From assembly GCA_002633005.1 (NCBI GenBank), contig NMRA01000155.1, forward strand, positions 241,844 to 305,843: a stretch of 64,000 bases of DNA. The letters are read 5' to 3'. Within the stretch, counting starts at the first letter, position 1; each line of letters begins with the position of its first letter. Made by a program: the position numbers and the translations under genes. Under the pieces are notes generated by a model. It saw only the letters and a list, made by a program, of their open reading frames with translations. It searched no databases and was not told the origin of the DNA. Positions 1-13,894 of the stretch are shown in pieces. The DNA comes from Phoronis australis (taxonomy: Eukaryota > Animalia > Phoronida).

Positions 1-2765
1 AGTGTCTCATTTTCTCGAACTTTTCGTTTCTCGGAGGCGGACCGTTTTGCCCACTTCGCTAAATGGGAGCATAGTTCGAGCCCCCTCGAGCCCCCCCCCC
101 ACCCGGGTGGGCACCTGCAGTCAAAATATAATCGGATAACCCATAGTTGTAATAGACCTTGCATGCAAGTGGACGTTATGAACCCAACTAGCCACTCGCG
201 AGAAAAGCTAGTGCTCACAAGCTTCTGAACCCCTGCAATCTACTGATCGTCACCAATTCATCTCTCCAATCGAAATAAGCGTGAGAACCTTTGATGTTTA
301 GTAGCAAACCCTGTAGACTCAGCTACCACAAACTGATACCCACGTGCTTCGACAAACTTTTGGGTGAAGGGTCAGTCACTTTTCAGTAGAGCAAAGCCTG
401 TAGCCGGACTGTTAAGGCGTTTATGTTATGATCATTTTGAATAGGCTGATGTACCGCCAAAATAAATTCTTTAGGGAGGAGAGAGCATAAACTATGAATA
501 GCTGGAGCAATTGTGTCGGAAATTTAGGTTATGATTTCGTTTACTTCTGATAATGTGAATGAGGCTTACAAGGTCATGAATCTCCTTTTTAGGGTCCAAT
601 TTGAATGATGTCATTAAAAACTAAACTTTTCATGATGTTGCAAAAAATTGGCATTTTGCTGCTGAAATTGTGATGGGCTCCGTTGGGCCGGCTTTCGGTG
701 CCATTGCGCCACCTATTGGCCAATTTCCCCGATCCTTCAATCAACACTGTTCTTCTCTTCCATGAGGTGGCATACATGTCACAAAAATCGGAACTGGTTT
801 CATTTCGTTACAAGTCTTCAGTATTTTAATACCAGCAAACACAATTTGCTGCGAAGCTGTCTTCATCTCCCCAGAAATATCGCAAAATTTGAGTAGGAAA
901 TGGCACGTGCGTGTGTCACAATTGTTTTCAAAACGACGACTGGGCCTTCTTTGTTACAAAAAGGCGGAGAATTACGCAAAAGTGGCGTTTATTAGGTTGA
1001 TTTTTCCATTTGAACGGCTCCCACTGTCAAGGTGACTGTCAGTACATTCCCACAGATTCTGCATGCACGACATCCCCGCCGCCGGTCGTTTTTATAGCTC
1101 CAAGTTTCACAACGAGGTGACGAGCTAAGCTTCCCGGGTCATCGTGAACTTTTTGGTGTCTAACGGAGCTCAAGACCCAACTACCCAGCTGTAAGATGAT
1201 GATAGTCTTCATAGTACTAGCTGGCTTCCTATCTTAGTTTGCGCGTTAGTGACTTTTGTAAATACATTTGATACTTTGTGGACAATGGCAGTATTTTAAT
1301 GCTTCCTTAGTTTTGACTTTACAGAATATAGCTGATTACCGTACATTAAGTTATGGCAGGGTCAAATGTTCTAGAAAGAAAAAAATTCATTGCTGGCAAA
1401 GAATCCCGGAGCCGCACGCCCTGTCTAAGTCTGGCAGAAATTCTGATTGAAGCTTTAAAATAAAACGGTCTCTTCAACAAATATCCCTGTCTCTTGCGAT
1501 GAACACCAATGTTCACTTGAAGGTGTAGCTATTCCCCTTGGCCTTTCCCATACAGTAGCTGGTAACGGCTAGTTATTTATAAACCCCATTTTTGCTTAAG
1601 AAGTGTGTTATGTATGCAAAAACGTTTTATTTTAAATAAAGTAATTTAAAACTAACAACCTCTTTTGTCACTGGAAATCGAATGTCAAATTTTTAAACGG
1701 TAAAATTTAAATCCAAATTTGCCTGCCCATTAACGGTTTAGCTGTTCATGTTGTACATGTACTTAATTTGGATATTAACCTTTACCTCCAGGTTGAAAAT
1801 TGATGACTAACTTATTGGTTATAAGCAATGAAAGTTTTGCCAACATGGTATCTCGAAAACAGCTTTTCAAACTCAAATGAAACAGACACTATGCTATCGA
1901 CTTTGATCTCCAAAGTGATTGTTAAACAGGCTTGTTTTTAAATAAGATATCAATCAAATACCATCGAAAATTGAGGTTTTGCATAAACCAAAAAGAATAC
2001 ATTTTTGAAAACTGATTTTGCTCATTGATGTGAAATGAAATTTGGCCATGTTGACAATACATTTATTATCACTCCTGCATTATTGCTTCTTTACTAAATC
2101 TTAGTAAAAGAATGGTCTCAAGACAGGTTTTATTGAGCAGAAAGATAAATTCTACAACCTTTCTATTATTAGGAAAGATGTACCTTTTCTGAGTACAATT
2201 CAGGATATTTGCCAAAAAGCACAGGCTTTCTGGTGACATTATTCAGCAGAATTTATCACAACGCTATACTTTTTATAGTATGCATTTTAATTGTTGCACC
2301 AACAACAGCAGTTGTACCTTGAAATTCATTTATGTAACGGGCGTGTCTCAGGTTTGTCGACCTTTTTGTGGAATGGTTGAAAATAGCTTCAATGAAACTG
2401 ATTTGCCTGTGCTTTTGAACGAGAAAGATCAAGTTTTTTTAGCTGCGACCTACTTTTGATGCAAAACTGTAGCTGTCGTTTGCTTTCACCCTTTGTCGTC
2501 TGCTGTCTGAGAAACCGGGTGCGATTTCAGGTGGTTGTCAAGCAAATCAAAGATGCCAAAAAAGTAGCTGGTAAGGGGTATACTATGACCATATTTTAAA
2601 AATCTAAGCAGTATGAGCACAGTGAATCTGTAGTCGGATTGCATGGAAGTGGTTATTTTGGGTAGAAAACTGTCAAATTTGATGGTTTTTTTTTGATACT
2701 GCACTTTTGTATGCTGGGATTTTCTCCGATGTAAAATAACCAATTAAATATCTGTAGCGTAATTA

Positions 2766-2910
2766 ATATTCAGTTATCATGAGTAGTGTTTCAGAGTTGG
2801 GAATGCTACAAACCCTTTTTCAAACTCTTGATAAGGACGTGAGGAAAGGCCTCATCCCATCTTCGGTTTGTATCAGCAGCCAAATCCCTGTAATAACTGT
2901 AGTGTGCCCC
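2766..2910 (-). repeat. Dispersed repeat fragment; diverged inverted copy of 13426-13585
   Basis: ttcagttatcatgagtagtgtt...gttgggaatgcta...cgtgaggaaagg...cagcagccaaa...aactgtagtgtg matches the reverse complement of 13426-13585 by eye, with indels. Confidence 0.6.
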
Positions 2911-3323
2911 CATACATGTAGGTCACGAACGGTGCATTAAATAAGGGGGCAATAAATATGGGGCAATCAAGTGTGCGCTAAAGTGGCTGAATTTCTCCAT
3001 GGTTTGCAAAATTTTTCGGAGAAATAAGTGGAACGACGTCGTCCACCTTCCTCAAGTTCATCCTCGACTCGTGCTGTCTGTGAGCTTGTAGGCCTACACG
3101 ACTTCTGGCAAGTGAATAGCAATGAACGAATACGCAGGTAACTATAGCAGATACACTCGTAGTATTTTGGATTTCTGTGTTCTAAGCACAAGCTTTACAT
3201 ATGAGTGGTGTAAATTGTATCGGAGGGATTATAACCTGTCGTTGTGCTTGTGATCAATATCACCATATGCGGAGTTCAGTGGTCATTAGGTCATGTCGGA
3301 ATTTGAAAGGGAATAGGCAACTG

Positions 3324-3741
3324 TGCCCGATTGCATGACACAGTCCCAAATAGGGACTCAACTAATTTTCCTAAATTTACTGCGCATTTGTGGACTTGTG
3401 AAAAGCACAGATTGTCCTGTCTTATGTTGTTTTAGTTTCATTACTAAGACAATTTTTGGTCACAAATCGAGAGTAAACTTGACGTTGAATTCTCAATGTT
3501 ATGGAAAATAAATAGGGATTTTTCATACCCTAACTTAAGGACTAAGCCCCTATTTATTTTCAATGAATTCCGGGTTCAGTTTTTAGTTGAGTTATTAGAA
3601 AATTTCAGTAATCAAGGAGGAGCTCATATGATGAAATTATAGAAAAAGAATGCATTTGTGTGCAGAGAAAATCACAAACAGGCAAAACAATTGGGGAAAT
3701 TAGTTGAGTCCCTATTTAGGACTGTTTCATGCAACCCGGCT
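3324..3741. mobile_element. MITE (non-autonomous DNA transposon, PIF/Harbinger-like termini)
   Basis: Terminal inverted repeats of ~45 bp: left tgcccgattgcatgacacagtcccaaatagggactcaactaattt; right reverse complement agccgggttgcatgaaacagtcctaaatagggactcaactaattt. Flanked by CTG at 3321-3323 and 3742-3744 (candidate 3-bp TSD). No coding capacity. The superfamily is inferred from the termini and TSD length. Confidence 0.75.
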
Positions 3742-6700
3742 CTGGATTCTTTGAATGTTCCGTTTTCAGAAACGATTAGCTCGCTCCATAGGCGTTTATT
3801 CGGGAATACAAAGGAGAATGTAATCAGCACACCTTTCTAGGAATTAATTGTGACGGTGGGGTGTATCAATCTTCACTTTATCTTATCAGCTGTTTCGCTG
3901 AGCCTGTACTCAACGTCGCGAAAATTGACCAATCGTAAGCTCCGCCCCCTTCCGAATAGTCGCGTGACACCCGACAAACAAACAGACAAACAGAAGTCAG
4001 AGGCAAATACACTGCCGCTAAACGACGTTCCTAATGGAATCGATGAGTGTTTTCACTATTCGAAAACGCTCCGACAGACATTAGGCAATGCTTTTCAGCA
4101 GAGAATCCTACGTTCATGATGTGAGAATTTTTAAAGGCGATGATGAAAAAATAAGTGTTCGACGAATAGACAGCGGCCAAATCTTGAAAAGTAAGCTAAT
4201 AAATTTTTGATAGCAAAGTCATGTTAGAAGCAAGTATCACATGTCAGAATTATCTCAAGACATTACATATTACTGTTTGGCGTTTTACCAAGCTCAAAAT
4301 TGCAAATTATTAAAGTTATTGTTTTTTAAATTCTAATAAGGCAGGTCAATAGGTCAGCAGGTTATTTTGTAAGCACCATTCTCATTGGACAATATAATTA
4401 TACTAGCCAATGATAAGCAAGCTTACCCAACTTGGTCTTGGGCTTATTCTTCATCAAGCTACATGTACAAGATCAGAAAATCTGGTAGATTTGTTTTCAG
4501 CCGCAGGCCACAAAACTTTTCTTCTATTAATAATATTATTTCTGCCTTTTATGCTAGTTGCCATGGTAACCCTTTTTAATTATCAAAATTGCGTGCAACT
4601 TGTTTTGAAATATCTTTGAAGAACTCATGTTTTAATTGAAGCAGTACATGCTTAGAAATCTGAAATTTTTGCATGTTGCTCAGCTTAGAGCTGTAGTCAT
4701 TGATATTACATAATATTACTGGGTTACCATGCTAACAATGCATGTTTCAGCTTGAGAACCACCTTACTTCTAAGAGAGAGTCACCAGTTTCGTACGGCAA
4801 GCATTCATTATCAGCAGTAGGGCGTAGGCGCACGTAGATACAGCCAACCATCGTTTACACTGCATTAATACTCTTCCTTGCAGTACAGCTGCATGTGAAC
4901 GAGGATTCAACGAAATAAATCGGATAGACAATAGACGATTGAAGGGCCCCGGTGGACACACCACACGGATGACTAATAACACTGCCAGCATATCGTTTCT
5001 TAGAGTTTCTTGTCCCCCTTCAGAGATCGCTTAGAATGCACGCGGACCTTTTTCTTCCTTCATGTGTGATTGGGCCCCCCTTTCTGAAACACCCTAGATT
5101 CGCCACTGCAAACTCGAAGTAAATACCTACCCACTCGTGAGTCAAAACTAGGCCTACACTGTACATGTTTGTGAGGTTTTGCGAATTCTAAGCATTCAGT
5201 GCTCATGGTGATACGGTGGGCTTTGGGCGCCTACTTACCTCTAATTTCATCACTACAGCACTGTCCAGAAATCCTACTATGAGGCTTCAATAAAACAAAA
5301 AACAGTTCTTCAAGCGGACTAATACAATTCGGTTTGCCAACTTTGCTAATATGTAACTTCTAACTACAGCAGGTGGTTACATAATATTCATACATGTACG
5401 AGTAAGTGAATAATCGATAAACCTGAACCTTTCGTGGCTGTAAAAGTTAGTACAAAACTTCAGATTCAACACAATTTTTAATGGGTAATAGTTATGCAAG
5501 TCATAGGTTACACCAGAGAAAGTACTGCTTGCATCATTGCATGACTGCTTGTTTTGCTGTGAAATGATTCATTCATCAACTTGAGGGGGCATGTGTGTCA
5601 CCCTTCAGTTTTCTGTGATGTAAACAAGTCTCTATGACTGTCTTCAGTCCAGCCTGACAACTCAAGCAGTCTCTGAATTCACGGTTTTTGAAAAATGTGT
5701 GTAACACTCAAGGTTTGTCATTTTCTTGAAAGTCCAGAGAATATTCATTTAAAAAAATAAAGTTTTACTTTGTGAACGTTCAAAGTGCTACTAGGAAATG
5801 ATATGCCTATTCAATCATCACGGCAATTGGTGTCGTCGACTAGAGCTGATACCGCGAGATTGTGAAATAATTTACGGGCAAAACTGGCCAACTATATCGG
5901 AGAATATTCACTAGCCCCTGTCTTATTAATTCTTTGTAAGTGAGAATTGATGAAACGACAATACTTCGTTTATTCTTTGGTTATTTGTGCAGCAAACGAC
6001 ACAGCAGTGTTCCAGTGCTTATTTAGAGATTCACTGTAAACAGACAGCTTCCTGTAGTGTAATTCTGGGATTAGAATGTGAGTCATTCATAAATTTTGAG
6101 AAGGCCCTAATACATTTCATACCTCCATGGACTGCATTCTTTTAGTGATTGCCCCTGGGGGTTCAGGGTGCAGTTGCCGGCCCCCAGGTGCTAGCGGGAG
6201 GAGGTACATGGAAGGAGTGCAAAACAGGTAAAAACCAGGTGGGCGCAAAATAGGTGTTGACGCCTCTCAGGGGTTACAGTGGGAGGAGTGTAAACAAGGT
6301 AAAATCGCATGGGTGTTGAGCCCCTCCCATGGACACAAATCTTGGTCGCTTGATCCCCCTGACCATTGACAATATGTGCTAGCTGTTGTGGTGCCAAGAT
6401 TTGTCCCTCGTTTTGTGCCTGGACACAAGGATATTTTGTAATGACCGGTGACCATGCCCCTGTGTTTATGTCAGTACCATCCTGGGTATTTTTGAACTTT
6501 TCATTACACGTGTCGGTTCATGGATAATTTTTAGGCCCGCACCCGGCATCGGTGGCGAATAGGAGTTCATTCAGACTCACACGTGTTGCTTAACTTGGGC
6601 CAACTGGCACATTAACATTATGTCGATTTTTTCACCGAGACCCACAGACTCTCTAGCTTGGCTCATAGACAGATTTGAGACCCTGTGGCTGTGACTTTGG

Positions 6701-7241
6701 CAGTCACAAATCATAATGACCCATGGTCATACCGGGTATGTTTTTCTAAAAGTATGTACCTGTGACCTTTCGAGTGTTTTACATGTTGACACTTTATCAT
6801 ACTATTGACTAACAAATAATCCATGCATTGAATGTATTCTTAGGAAACTTAACCAGATGACAGTTCTGGTGTTTTCGTGAATGACTTTGTGTAAATTGTT
6901 TAGGCTGCAAAAGGCGCTCTTCCTCATTGTTCCTTCGCTTCGTACTTGACCTTTGTTTAGTTGCTGTTGACGTCGATAACAACGAACTCACCAGTGAACA
7001 TTCTTATCGCACTACACTCGTTGCTTGAAGGCAACACGTATGCCATGCAAAGTCCAACCACAATCGGCAAAAACTCATGATCGACATACAGTGTATGTAC
7101 CATTAATAGAAAAGCGCACATCACAAGCTCGTTTCCATGCAGGGATGAAACTGAGACCGGGATTGGCGACATAAGGTCATTTATTATGACGAAATTGAAG
7201 TAAAATGAATAAGATTGAAAATAACAATAATCTCTGGAAAG

Positions 7242-9071
7242 ATGGACAATACAAAGTGCAACACTGAAGGGCAAAAATTGCCAAATGTGAAGGGAGTAGT
7301 GGGTAAGTGAAATTGAACATATATTGAACTGGGAGGTCTGTGTTGCTTACACAAGGTAGTTGCACTGAAACTACAAGCAAACAAAACGCCTGAAGACACG
7401 TAATGGTGATCACCTGGTGAAAGCCGAGAGCTGACCAAACTTACGGCACGTAATTACATAGACCAATAAGAAGGGTGGAAGTACTCGTCAAGGAATTATT
7501 GGACCGGTCTAAAGGATAGAAATTTATTATAAATGGCTTTAATTACATTGTATCATTCATAATATCACGCAAAAAGTGAGATGCCCTTATTTGAGAGGTC
7601 GGAAAACGACGTCAGTAGGGTGAATATTCAACTTTAAATACAGTGTTTGGAACCAAAGATGTTCCGCGAAGAATATTCAGAAAGTTTAGTGGCGATTGAT
7701 GAATATATTTTTCGAATGACCATTGGGAATACACAAACATGAACGCCCTGCATGTGCAGTTAGCTGATTAGATTACTAGCCAATGTTTCGTCGCCTACAT
7801 TATCGATGAAAAAGAATCAACCGGTGTGCTGCAAACTTTAAGCCGATAAAAACAATAAATCCCTCTGCGTGTACTCAAGCCATGCCCGTGAGTACAGAGT
7901 TGGGAAAACTAAAACACGAGGTCGCACTTATTTGAGCATATGATTTTGTTCTTTTTAAGATTCGTACTATGGAAATGGAAAACAACGTTGGCGTGGTAGA
8001 GGGCGTGGTAGAGGGCGTGGTCGAGGGCGTGGTCGAGGGAGTGGCGAACAGAAAAGTGGTGCTGAATTTGCAAAGAAATATGTTATGCAGTCCAATTTGT
8101 TACTCATGAAAAACACCTCTTCCGAATATGATCAAATAGGATTTAAAGAATACTTAGGGGAGTGTCATGCTGAGGATAAAGGCTTCGCTAAATCTGAACC
8201 GTATATCATCAACCCTTCTGAAGATAACGATGGAATATCGCTTTCTGAGGAAGAGTTCAGAGTAGCGTTTGACCGACAACTTCAGGAATTGCGTAAACAG
8301 CCGCAAGAATATGGTAATATTCGCTTTGCTGGGCGATTTGGAAAATTGTATATTCGCGGTGCTCCCCCTTTTGCGGTTACGCAGCTTCAATTCAAAAAGC
8401 TTCTGCTTAGTAAAGATTATAAAGAAAAAATTAAAACCTCATTCATGCCTGCTCACGTCGACAGCAGCAAAGCGGAGACCTACTTGAAAAGTCTTGGATT
8501 CAAAGAATCAACCGCCGGGGAGGACAAAGAAGTGGAAGAATGGTACGTCCAGGTGCGTACAAAAGATGGCTCAGGTCGTGCTACGATTCGCTTAGATGAA
8601 GCTCTCAAATTTAAGGAGTTGTCCCCTCCCGATCAAAAATGGTTGAAAGTCGACATCAAATGCGATGGAGACCGAGACGCACGCTTAGTTGTACAGAGTA
8701 TTGGCCACGCGAATGTTGTCCACAGTGACGAATTCAAGGATCACCCTATTCTTGCGCTGAACGAAGGCAACATTGAAGGTGTCGAGGTTTGCCACTACTT
8801 TCGAAAGCGTGTCTTGTTTGTTCGTCATAAAAAAGAGCGGACTTTTCGACGCCTGCCATCTGCCGAATATCCTGAGATTTTGGCACGGATTCTCACCGTT
8901 CGAGAGCTAGCAGAAGAAGTTGGTGGTAAATTTAACCATTCCTTGCCTGTAAGAAGTGAAGTGGTGTTTCACCCCATCATAGAGAATATTCATGATTTGG
9001 ATGCGTGCGAATTCCTGAGGAATTATATCTGGAAATTCTGCCTTGATTTTGCAGCCCAGTTTAACGAATAG
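7242..9071 (+). CDS. Uncharacterised protein, predicted 2 exons (7242-7302, 7960-9071), ~390 aa, with N-terminal (RG)n repeat
   Basis: The 328-aa ORF 8085-9071 stays open upstream to a polypyrimidine acceptor ttgttctttttaag|at at 7959/7960. A phase-compatible donor G|GTAAGT at 7302/7303 follows an ATG at 7242 that has an upstream in-frame stop. The joined protein begins MDNTKCNTEGQKLPNVKGVV-DSYYGNGKQRWRGRGRGRGRGRGRGRGSGEQK. The long exon is well supported; exon 1 is inferred. Confidence 0.7.
7992..8039 (+). repeat. 12-bp tandem repeat (cgtggtMgaggg)x4 encoding (RG)8
   Basis: Directly visible and in frame with the 8085-9071 ORF. Confidence 0.9.
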
Positions 9072-10484
9072 ATTAGATTACCGCATATATTTTTATTGGT
9101 ACGTGCGTAAACCAAAGCCTAGCCGGGTTCATTCAAATACACGTTTGCCGATAACCAACGTTTATTACATATTGATGTTCCACCATATCTCTATAATTTT
9201 CGTAAGTGAAGATAGTTAAACATGTGTGTCGCTGTAGTCATTGTCTTTAAGAATCCTGTCCTCATATTTAAGATGCACTGGTATCTGTAACAAATGTTAA
9301 GGGGTCCACTTGTATTTATGGATTTCAATTTAAGACAGTTTTTGTTAACCTTACAGGTTAAGATGTTATACAACTAGAGTGGTGGCGTAGAACTAAAGTG
9401 TGTAGCCACAAAGAGACATTTAACAGCATCTTACCCTCAGTAAAAATTATATTGTGTTACTTTTTTAAAATCCTTGTCTTTTTAATGTTGTGAGTAGCCT
9501 TTCGTGCAGTTAGGGTTTAGCTAAATATTAACAGTACTTGAATTTGGTAAATGTAAAAGCGTGTATTTTAAAGAACATAGAAAGCTTGTAGGGTTTTGTA
9601 ATGTTTGGATAAACACATAATGGATATATTACTCACGAATACCAGTTAGTGCAAGACTAGAGTTTAATTGATTCTGAGTAAAGGAAGTTCTATATATGTT
9701 ATTACAACTTCCATTGTAAGAATTGCATGCTGCTTGGCCATTGTTCTATATAAGCCACCTTGTAGAGAATTAAGTTAGTTCCAATAAAGTATTTGACACA
9801 TCAAGCCTTATATTCTGACTTCGTAATATTAGAATATTATAGGTTTTATTGTGGACTTCGTAGAAATTTGCCATTGAGTTGATCACGTAACCGTATCTGT
9901 TTAAGTAAAATTTCCAAAATGCATCCATAGCAACTGTAATATGACCAAATTTCTCTTTGTGGAAATATTCAAGATGATATCCTTGAAACATTCGCTGAAC
10001 TAAATTTTCGTTTTATACGAGTTTTTTTAATATTTTGATTTCTTAGAAATCACGTCAGTCCTAACCTTTGATCACTCTTAATGCAAAAACGAATATTTTA
10101 AACGCGGGTCCTAATGACTTCTTGAAGAAGAGTGACAAAAATGACTCAAATGTAGAACAAAAAAGAATGCAAATTTGATTTTTTTACTTTTCAACAATTT
10201 GGCATTTATTGGGTCACGTGGTCATGCTGAAATGGAAAAAACGTCAATAACAAAACAGCGGAATCAATAACACGGTTAAATTTCGTTTGATGTAATGTTC
10301 AGAATAAAATCTGACAAACTGTACAATATTTTTCTAAATTGTATTAATTACTTCTTTGTTTTTAGCAATTTTAGAATTTTTTCGTCAAAATTTTACAATT
10401 CGGTTTGTGGATAGCCCCTGATGCAAAAGTTGAACAAAGTATTGGAGAACAGTGCATTTAGCAATGTGCCTAAAAGTTTCATCT

Positions 10485-12832
10485 GAGTCTGATCTCAAAT
10501 TTTGAGGTACGATAATCCGAAGTTAGCCAAATTTTAGCATTTTGGGGTCCTACATATAACCTTAATGTGAGATTGTTTCACAAAAAAATGGTAGACGAAC
10601 ATTTTGGATCACGTACGTGTATATTCTTGTATCATGATTGACTATGATCAATTTAGGAGTTCGTGTGAAACACTTAGGTCTATAAAATGTTTTGCATACT
10701 TTCCCATATCTCTCACAGCCGCATATTATTGGTGTTGATTGTTCGCCAAAGAGTACTCGAACACAGTTACGGTGAGGGTGTAACAGGAAACGTGTTTGTA
10801 CAAATCCAAGGAAGTGTCTATTCAGCCTTTTTGCCACTGCCACATTTGACTCCAACAGCAGAAGAGTGTTTCTGTCTGTTGAAAGTGATAACTACAGACA
10901 ACAGAGCTTTCTTGCAACTCTTGAATTAGCTTTCAGATGAAAAGGCCTAGAGGTCAGTCATCAGCCAAGATACTCATCAAGCGATCTGTAAAATTGGACA
11001 TATTAGCTAAGAAATATTCTTAAAGTTTGTGTTTTGATTTTGTGGTTAGATATAAAACGTTTTGTTAGAAAAGTTGAGTTATTAATGATGAAGCAATTGG
11101 TGTGCCTGTTAATGTCCAGGGTAGAGTTAAATAACGCTAGTATCTGGTATTTTCATTGAGAGCACGGGATTTGGGCTAGCTTTTTCTCGCCGCGAGACAG
11201 CTACATGTATAGAAATCTACCCTGACATTGCTTCAGCGCAGAGAATGCATGAATTCAAAACAGATAGTATACATGGCTGTGTTCCATAACGAGCAGTGTC
11301 GACACTTAGATTTTTATGCGGCTTCGCAGCCACAGTGTCAAAACCTTGGATTTTTAATACTGCCATTGGGTAATAATGGTGGCGATAGAGGGGATTGTGA
11401 CTGTGCCGACGGAGCAAAATTGTGGCCGTGTAGAAATTGTGGTGACCCGGCGGCAGGGGGGAACTCAAAGCGCCTGGGTCACCAGACGTTTTAATGTCTC
11501 ACGACCTCGAGAAAATTTAGGGTGTAGCAAGTTACCCGCGGACTGCCGCATCTCCCAGAACCTACACAGAATAGCTGTGAGCTGTAGACAAGGGTGCTCA
11601 GCTAATTAACGTTTTCTACGAAATAATTCAAACTGTATATTTCATCTAACAGAGAGTACATAAAATAGCAAACGTTTTCTAAGGAATAAGCGATTAGGCT
11701 GTTAGGGTAGGCCTACCAGTCGGCCAAGTTTGCCATATTCGTTAACCTTGTGTTCTTTTAGGTTATGTGAACCTTACATGTACATGTACATGGTCTACAG
11801 GATAACAACTGAATCAAAGAACGCATGGCGCAGGATACTCGGATACGTGACTGATAGTTTTACAGCCTGTAATTACAGTATGTAGTTCCTAGGCAAAATT
11901 ACTAGTCTCTATCCATACGTCGGCTAACCAATGGTGAGTTCTGGTCAGGCAGTGACGCAGCATTTATCTTCCCACCAAAAGCCTCGCATAAATTAAATTA
12001 TCTCAATTTAGGCGGGTCAGCTCGATTTTTTAGCATTAGCCAAGTCGTGGCGGTCCGTAAGGAAAGGAGATTGCCCAAAATGTAATAGGACCAACAACGC
12101 AAGTTTGGGTCATGCACACAGCAAGTGGCCCTAGAGAAATAATCTTCTTGTTCCACTTCGGTCAAGCAAATGAATAATGCAGTCGATGGTGGAGGACACC
12201 TGCCCCTTCATGCGATTGAATATGTCATCGAGACGTGTGACAACGCAAGGACCCAGATATTATGCAAAAAGGCAGATTGAAATGACCTCCAACAAACCAA
12301 TCAATCTTTTTTATTACTGCTGATTAGGTGCATCCAAACTCAAATTCACCCGGAACGCTAAACTCTTTCCAGGGCAGTGACGAGACTGCTCTGCTCTCAG
12401 CATTCGGGCCCACGATTGGTCACAGAAATGACGGCGAGTCAACTTAGCAACTATAGCGGAAGGCTTTCCCTGCAATGGCACCAGAGATTGGCACCATAAT
12501 CACAATAACTCTAATTCCATATTTACATGTACGTGTTCTGGGTAGCGGTAAGACATTAATTTGTGCACCGCTGTTGTTTTGTCGCACAGACTAGAAAGGA
12601 GAGTCATTTGATTTTCAAACTGGAACGTTGACTTTCTCAGCACTTGAGTCTGATGTAAATCCCTGGCTAACATCTAGTTCTTGATTGGCCAGTCAGTGAT
12701 GAGACCAACCGGTTTGTCTAAACCTGTTGAGCTTGATAATTCGGATGATAAATGCCGGGACAGAAAAGTAACCATGTCACTCGACATATAAACTTTATTG
12801 TGTTACAGTGCAACTGTACACAACTGTGCACT
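10485..12832 (+). repeat. 5' edge of the tandem-duplicated unit; homologous to 37669-38514 and 60981-61826, with ~1.5 kb extra sequence at ~11137-12622
   Basis: gagtctgatctc...gataatccgaagttagccaaattttagca...ctgtctgttgaaagtgataac...ttgaattagc occurs at all three positions. Homology resumes at gaacg..gactttct.agcactt after the extra block. Confidence 0.8.
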
Positions 12833-13425
12833 TTATTTTCGTGTTTCGTAAAAGTTATACAAAAATGAGCAATGCAATTAAAGCATTGAGCAGCAATTAA
12901 ATAACAATTTGTCTCAAAAAATATAGACTTGAGGGAAATAAGAAAACAGTACGCATACAAATCAGATCGAACATGTAGCTTTTTAACGATCAACAATTTA
13001 GTTAAATTCGAGGAAACGCTAGACTCAAATATTAATACGGTCTCTTTTTGAGATAATATATTAACAAAGTTAATTCGCACATGCAAAAATAGCGTTATTA
13101 TCCGAAGGAGAATTCGAGGCCAAGAAAATACTCGAGGTGTTCGGAATGAGTCATGTGGTGGCCATATCTTCGCTTCCTCATTTGGGGGTGTCAGAGGTAT
13201 CCTCAAAATACACTGCCTTCGGGCATTGTACACGAAAAATCAGGTACGCGACTCCTGATATGTCGCATGTGCGATTGCGCAGACGATGATCATTAAATAC
13301 ACCAGTGAATCAGCAGTACACACGTGTCTGCACGTAAGAGTTATGACGACAGAATGGCCCCTCCCGCCAGGCCTCAGTAATGGGTTGCAGTGTTCTACAC
13401 CAAAGCTGAGCTCAAATGCCTGACT

Positions 13426-13585
13426 GGGGTCACACTACAGTTACAACAGGTTTTGGCTGCCGACACACAACCATTTGCGAAATAGGGATAAGCCCTTTCC
13501 TCACGTGCTAATCGAGTGTCTGAAAAACAAGGGATTTTCTAGCATTCCCAACACACAAACACTACTCATGATAACTGAAACTTAA
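13426..13585 (+). repeat. Dispersed repeat fragment (inverted copy at 2766-2910)
   Basis: Same by-eye match as listed for 2766-2910. Confidence 0.6.
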
Positions 13586-13846
13586 TCGGTTAATTCGCAT
13601 CGGAAAAAATTCCGGCACACAAAAGTATTACCAATCAACAACAAATTTGACAGTTTTTCTCCCCAAAATTGCCACTTCCCTGCAAGTGCTAGGAAAAATC
13701 CGAATACCGATTCAGAATTTCCGCACGCTATAGATTCTAAAATTGTGGTCATAATATGCCCCTTACCAGCTACGTTTTTTGCAACTTTGATCTGTCTGAT
13801 AGCCACCTGAAATAGCACCCGGTTTCTCGGACAGCAGGCGTCAGGG

Positions 13847-13849
<3 letters not shown>

Positions 13850-13894
<45 letters not shown>
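13850..13894 (+). repeat. (GA)n microsatellite running into the assembly gap
   Basis: Directly visible. Confidence 0.97.

Noticed and set aside
589-7438. Numerous 60-105 aa ORFs here, and antisense ORFs overlapping the esterase exons elsewhere
   Set aside because: They have no recognisable motifs, many start at non-ATG codons, and their lengths are as expected by chance or as shadows of real exons.
7992-8039. Short direct repeats as a CRISPR-like array
   Set aside because: These are contiguous 12-bp coding repeats without spacers, in a eukaryotic context with no cas genes.
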